From: Coleofasciculus sp. B1-GNL1-01
GTDB lineage: Bacteria; Cyanobacteriota; Cyanobacteriia; Cyanobacteriales; Coleofasciculaceae
NCBI GenBank assembly: GCA_040220235.1
Contig: JAVJTO010000077.1
Direction: 5' to 3' (one strand)
Length of the DNA: 64,000 bases
The position numbers were made by a program, and so were the translations under genes. The notes under the pieces are model-generated. The model was not told the DNA's origin. It saw only the letters and a list, made by a program, of their open reading frames with translations, and ran no database searches. This document shows positions 63,261 to 64,000 of the stretch, piece by piece. Each line of letters starts with the position of its first letter. The first letter of the stretch is position 1.

Positions 63261-63881
63261 CTAGCCTTCGCTTAAATTCATTTGACCTCGAAATCCTGTA
63301 ACAATGCGACTACCATCTTTAAGGATATGAATCTCCATTTGATCAGAAGCCCAGGTGATTTGGTCTTTTAATGCGGGATTAAATACCCGAACGCGCTGAT
63401 TTCGAGAGGAGACGGGTGAATCGGGAGAATTAATAGCCAAGGATTCAACAAAGGGACCATCGACTAAAATATCAAGTTGTCCTAATAACTCTTGTGCGCC
63501 TGGAGGAGCCTCGGGTGATTGCAGTTCCCCTAACGTAAATCCACTAAAGGACATAACATTTAACCCCGCCGCTTTGAGTTTCTTGGCTAACTGCGCTAGG
63601 GCTGGTGCTTGCCAAAAGGGTTCTCCCCCAGAAAAAGTTACGCCTTGATTATGAGGATTGGACAAAATTTTATCCGCTAATTTATCAACAGCAATTAACT
63701 GGTTAATTTCAAAAGACCAGGAGGCTGGATTGAAACAGCTTGCACATTCTCGTTGACACCCTTGCACCCAAACAACAGCGCGACAGCCAGGACCGTTTAC
63801 TTCTGACTCGTCAACGTATCCCATGATATTTAGATATCCAGGAGGAATGTCATTGGTCATTTGTCCTTTGTTATTTGTCAT
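63261..63881 (-). CDS. Radical SAM protein (NrdG activase-like)
   Basis: NGPGCR, CQRECASC, SGGEPF, DGPF, SRNQR; N-terminal codons derive from a heptamer array. Confidence 0.88.
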   Translation of the reverse strand: MTNNKGQMTNDIPPGYLNIMGYVDESEVNGPGCRAVVWVQGCQRECASCFNPASWSFEINQLIAVDKLADKILSNPHNQGVTFSGGEPFWQAPALAQLAKKLKAAGLNVMSFSGFTLGELQSPEAPPGAQELLGQLDILVDGPFVESLAINSPDSPVSSRNQRVRVFNPALKDQITWASDQMEIHILKDGSRIVTGFRGQMNLSEG

Positions 63882-64000
63882 CGATCATTTGTCCTTTGTC
63901 ACAATGCTTTAACTCAATTGGGGCGGGTTTAGTTACATCTGGGTGAGGTTAGAAACGATAATAGTGAAACCCGCCCCTACACCCTTCAAAACCATGCCCG

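Noticed and set aside
1..64000. Frequent GCGATCGC octamer
   Set aside because: This is HIP1, a well-known cyanobacterial signature, used here only as a taxonomic clue

Overview
This is a 64-kb chromosomal window from a filamentous cyanobacterium. The assignment is inferred from abundant HIP1 GCGATCGC octamers, STRR-type tandem repeats, bioU, the DUF2997-DUF1257-ferredoxin trio and a PatA-led chemosensory cluster. Most genes are housekeeping or conserved: TRAP dctQM, wzm, pilB-pilT-pilC, grpE-dnaK-dnaJ-tusA-rsgA, pyrF, tyrS, a class A PBP, cysC, glk, a group 2 sigma factor, mutY, cmoB and patA-cheY-cheW-MCP-cheA-cheW. Accessory content includes two PIN toxin-antitoxin pairs, a DUF6888/DUF6887-like pair, a lone IS200/IS605 TnpB, a single-ORF IS66, several TA-flanked MITE families and GTAG-type REP palindromes, some in-frame inside genes. 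The most striking signal is an antisense four-helix-bundle (23S-IVS/Avd-like) gene between the MCP and cheA, bracketed by complementary heptamer arrays. All nine arrays of that heptamer seen in the window sit at gene ends with a consistent 5'/3' polarity. Other highlights are an adhesin/RTX pseudogene with a reconstructable MITE insertion, two small ORFs missed by the ORF track, a candidate sRNA, a CBCR-like GAF lacking both bilin cysteines, and a PlsY-like/dikinase fusion. All calls come from reading the sequence; no searches were run.
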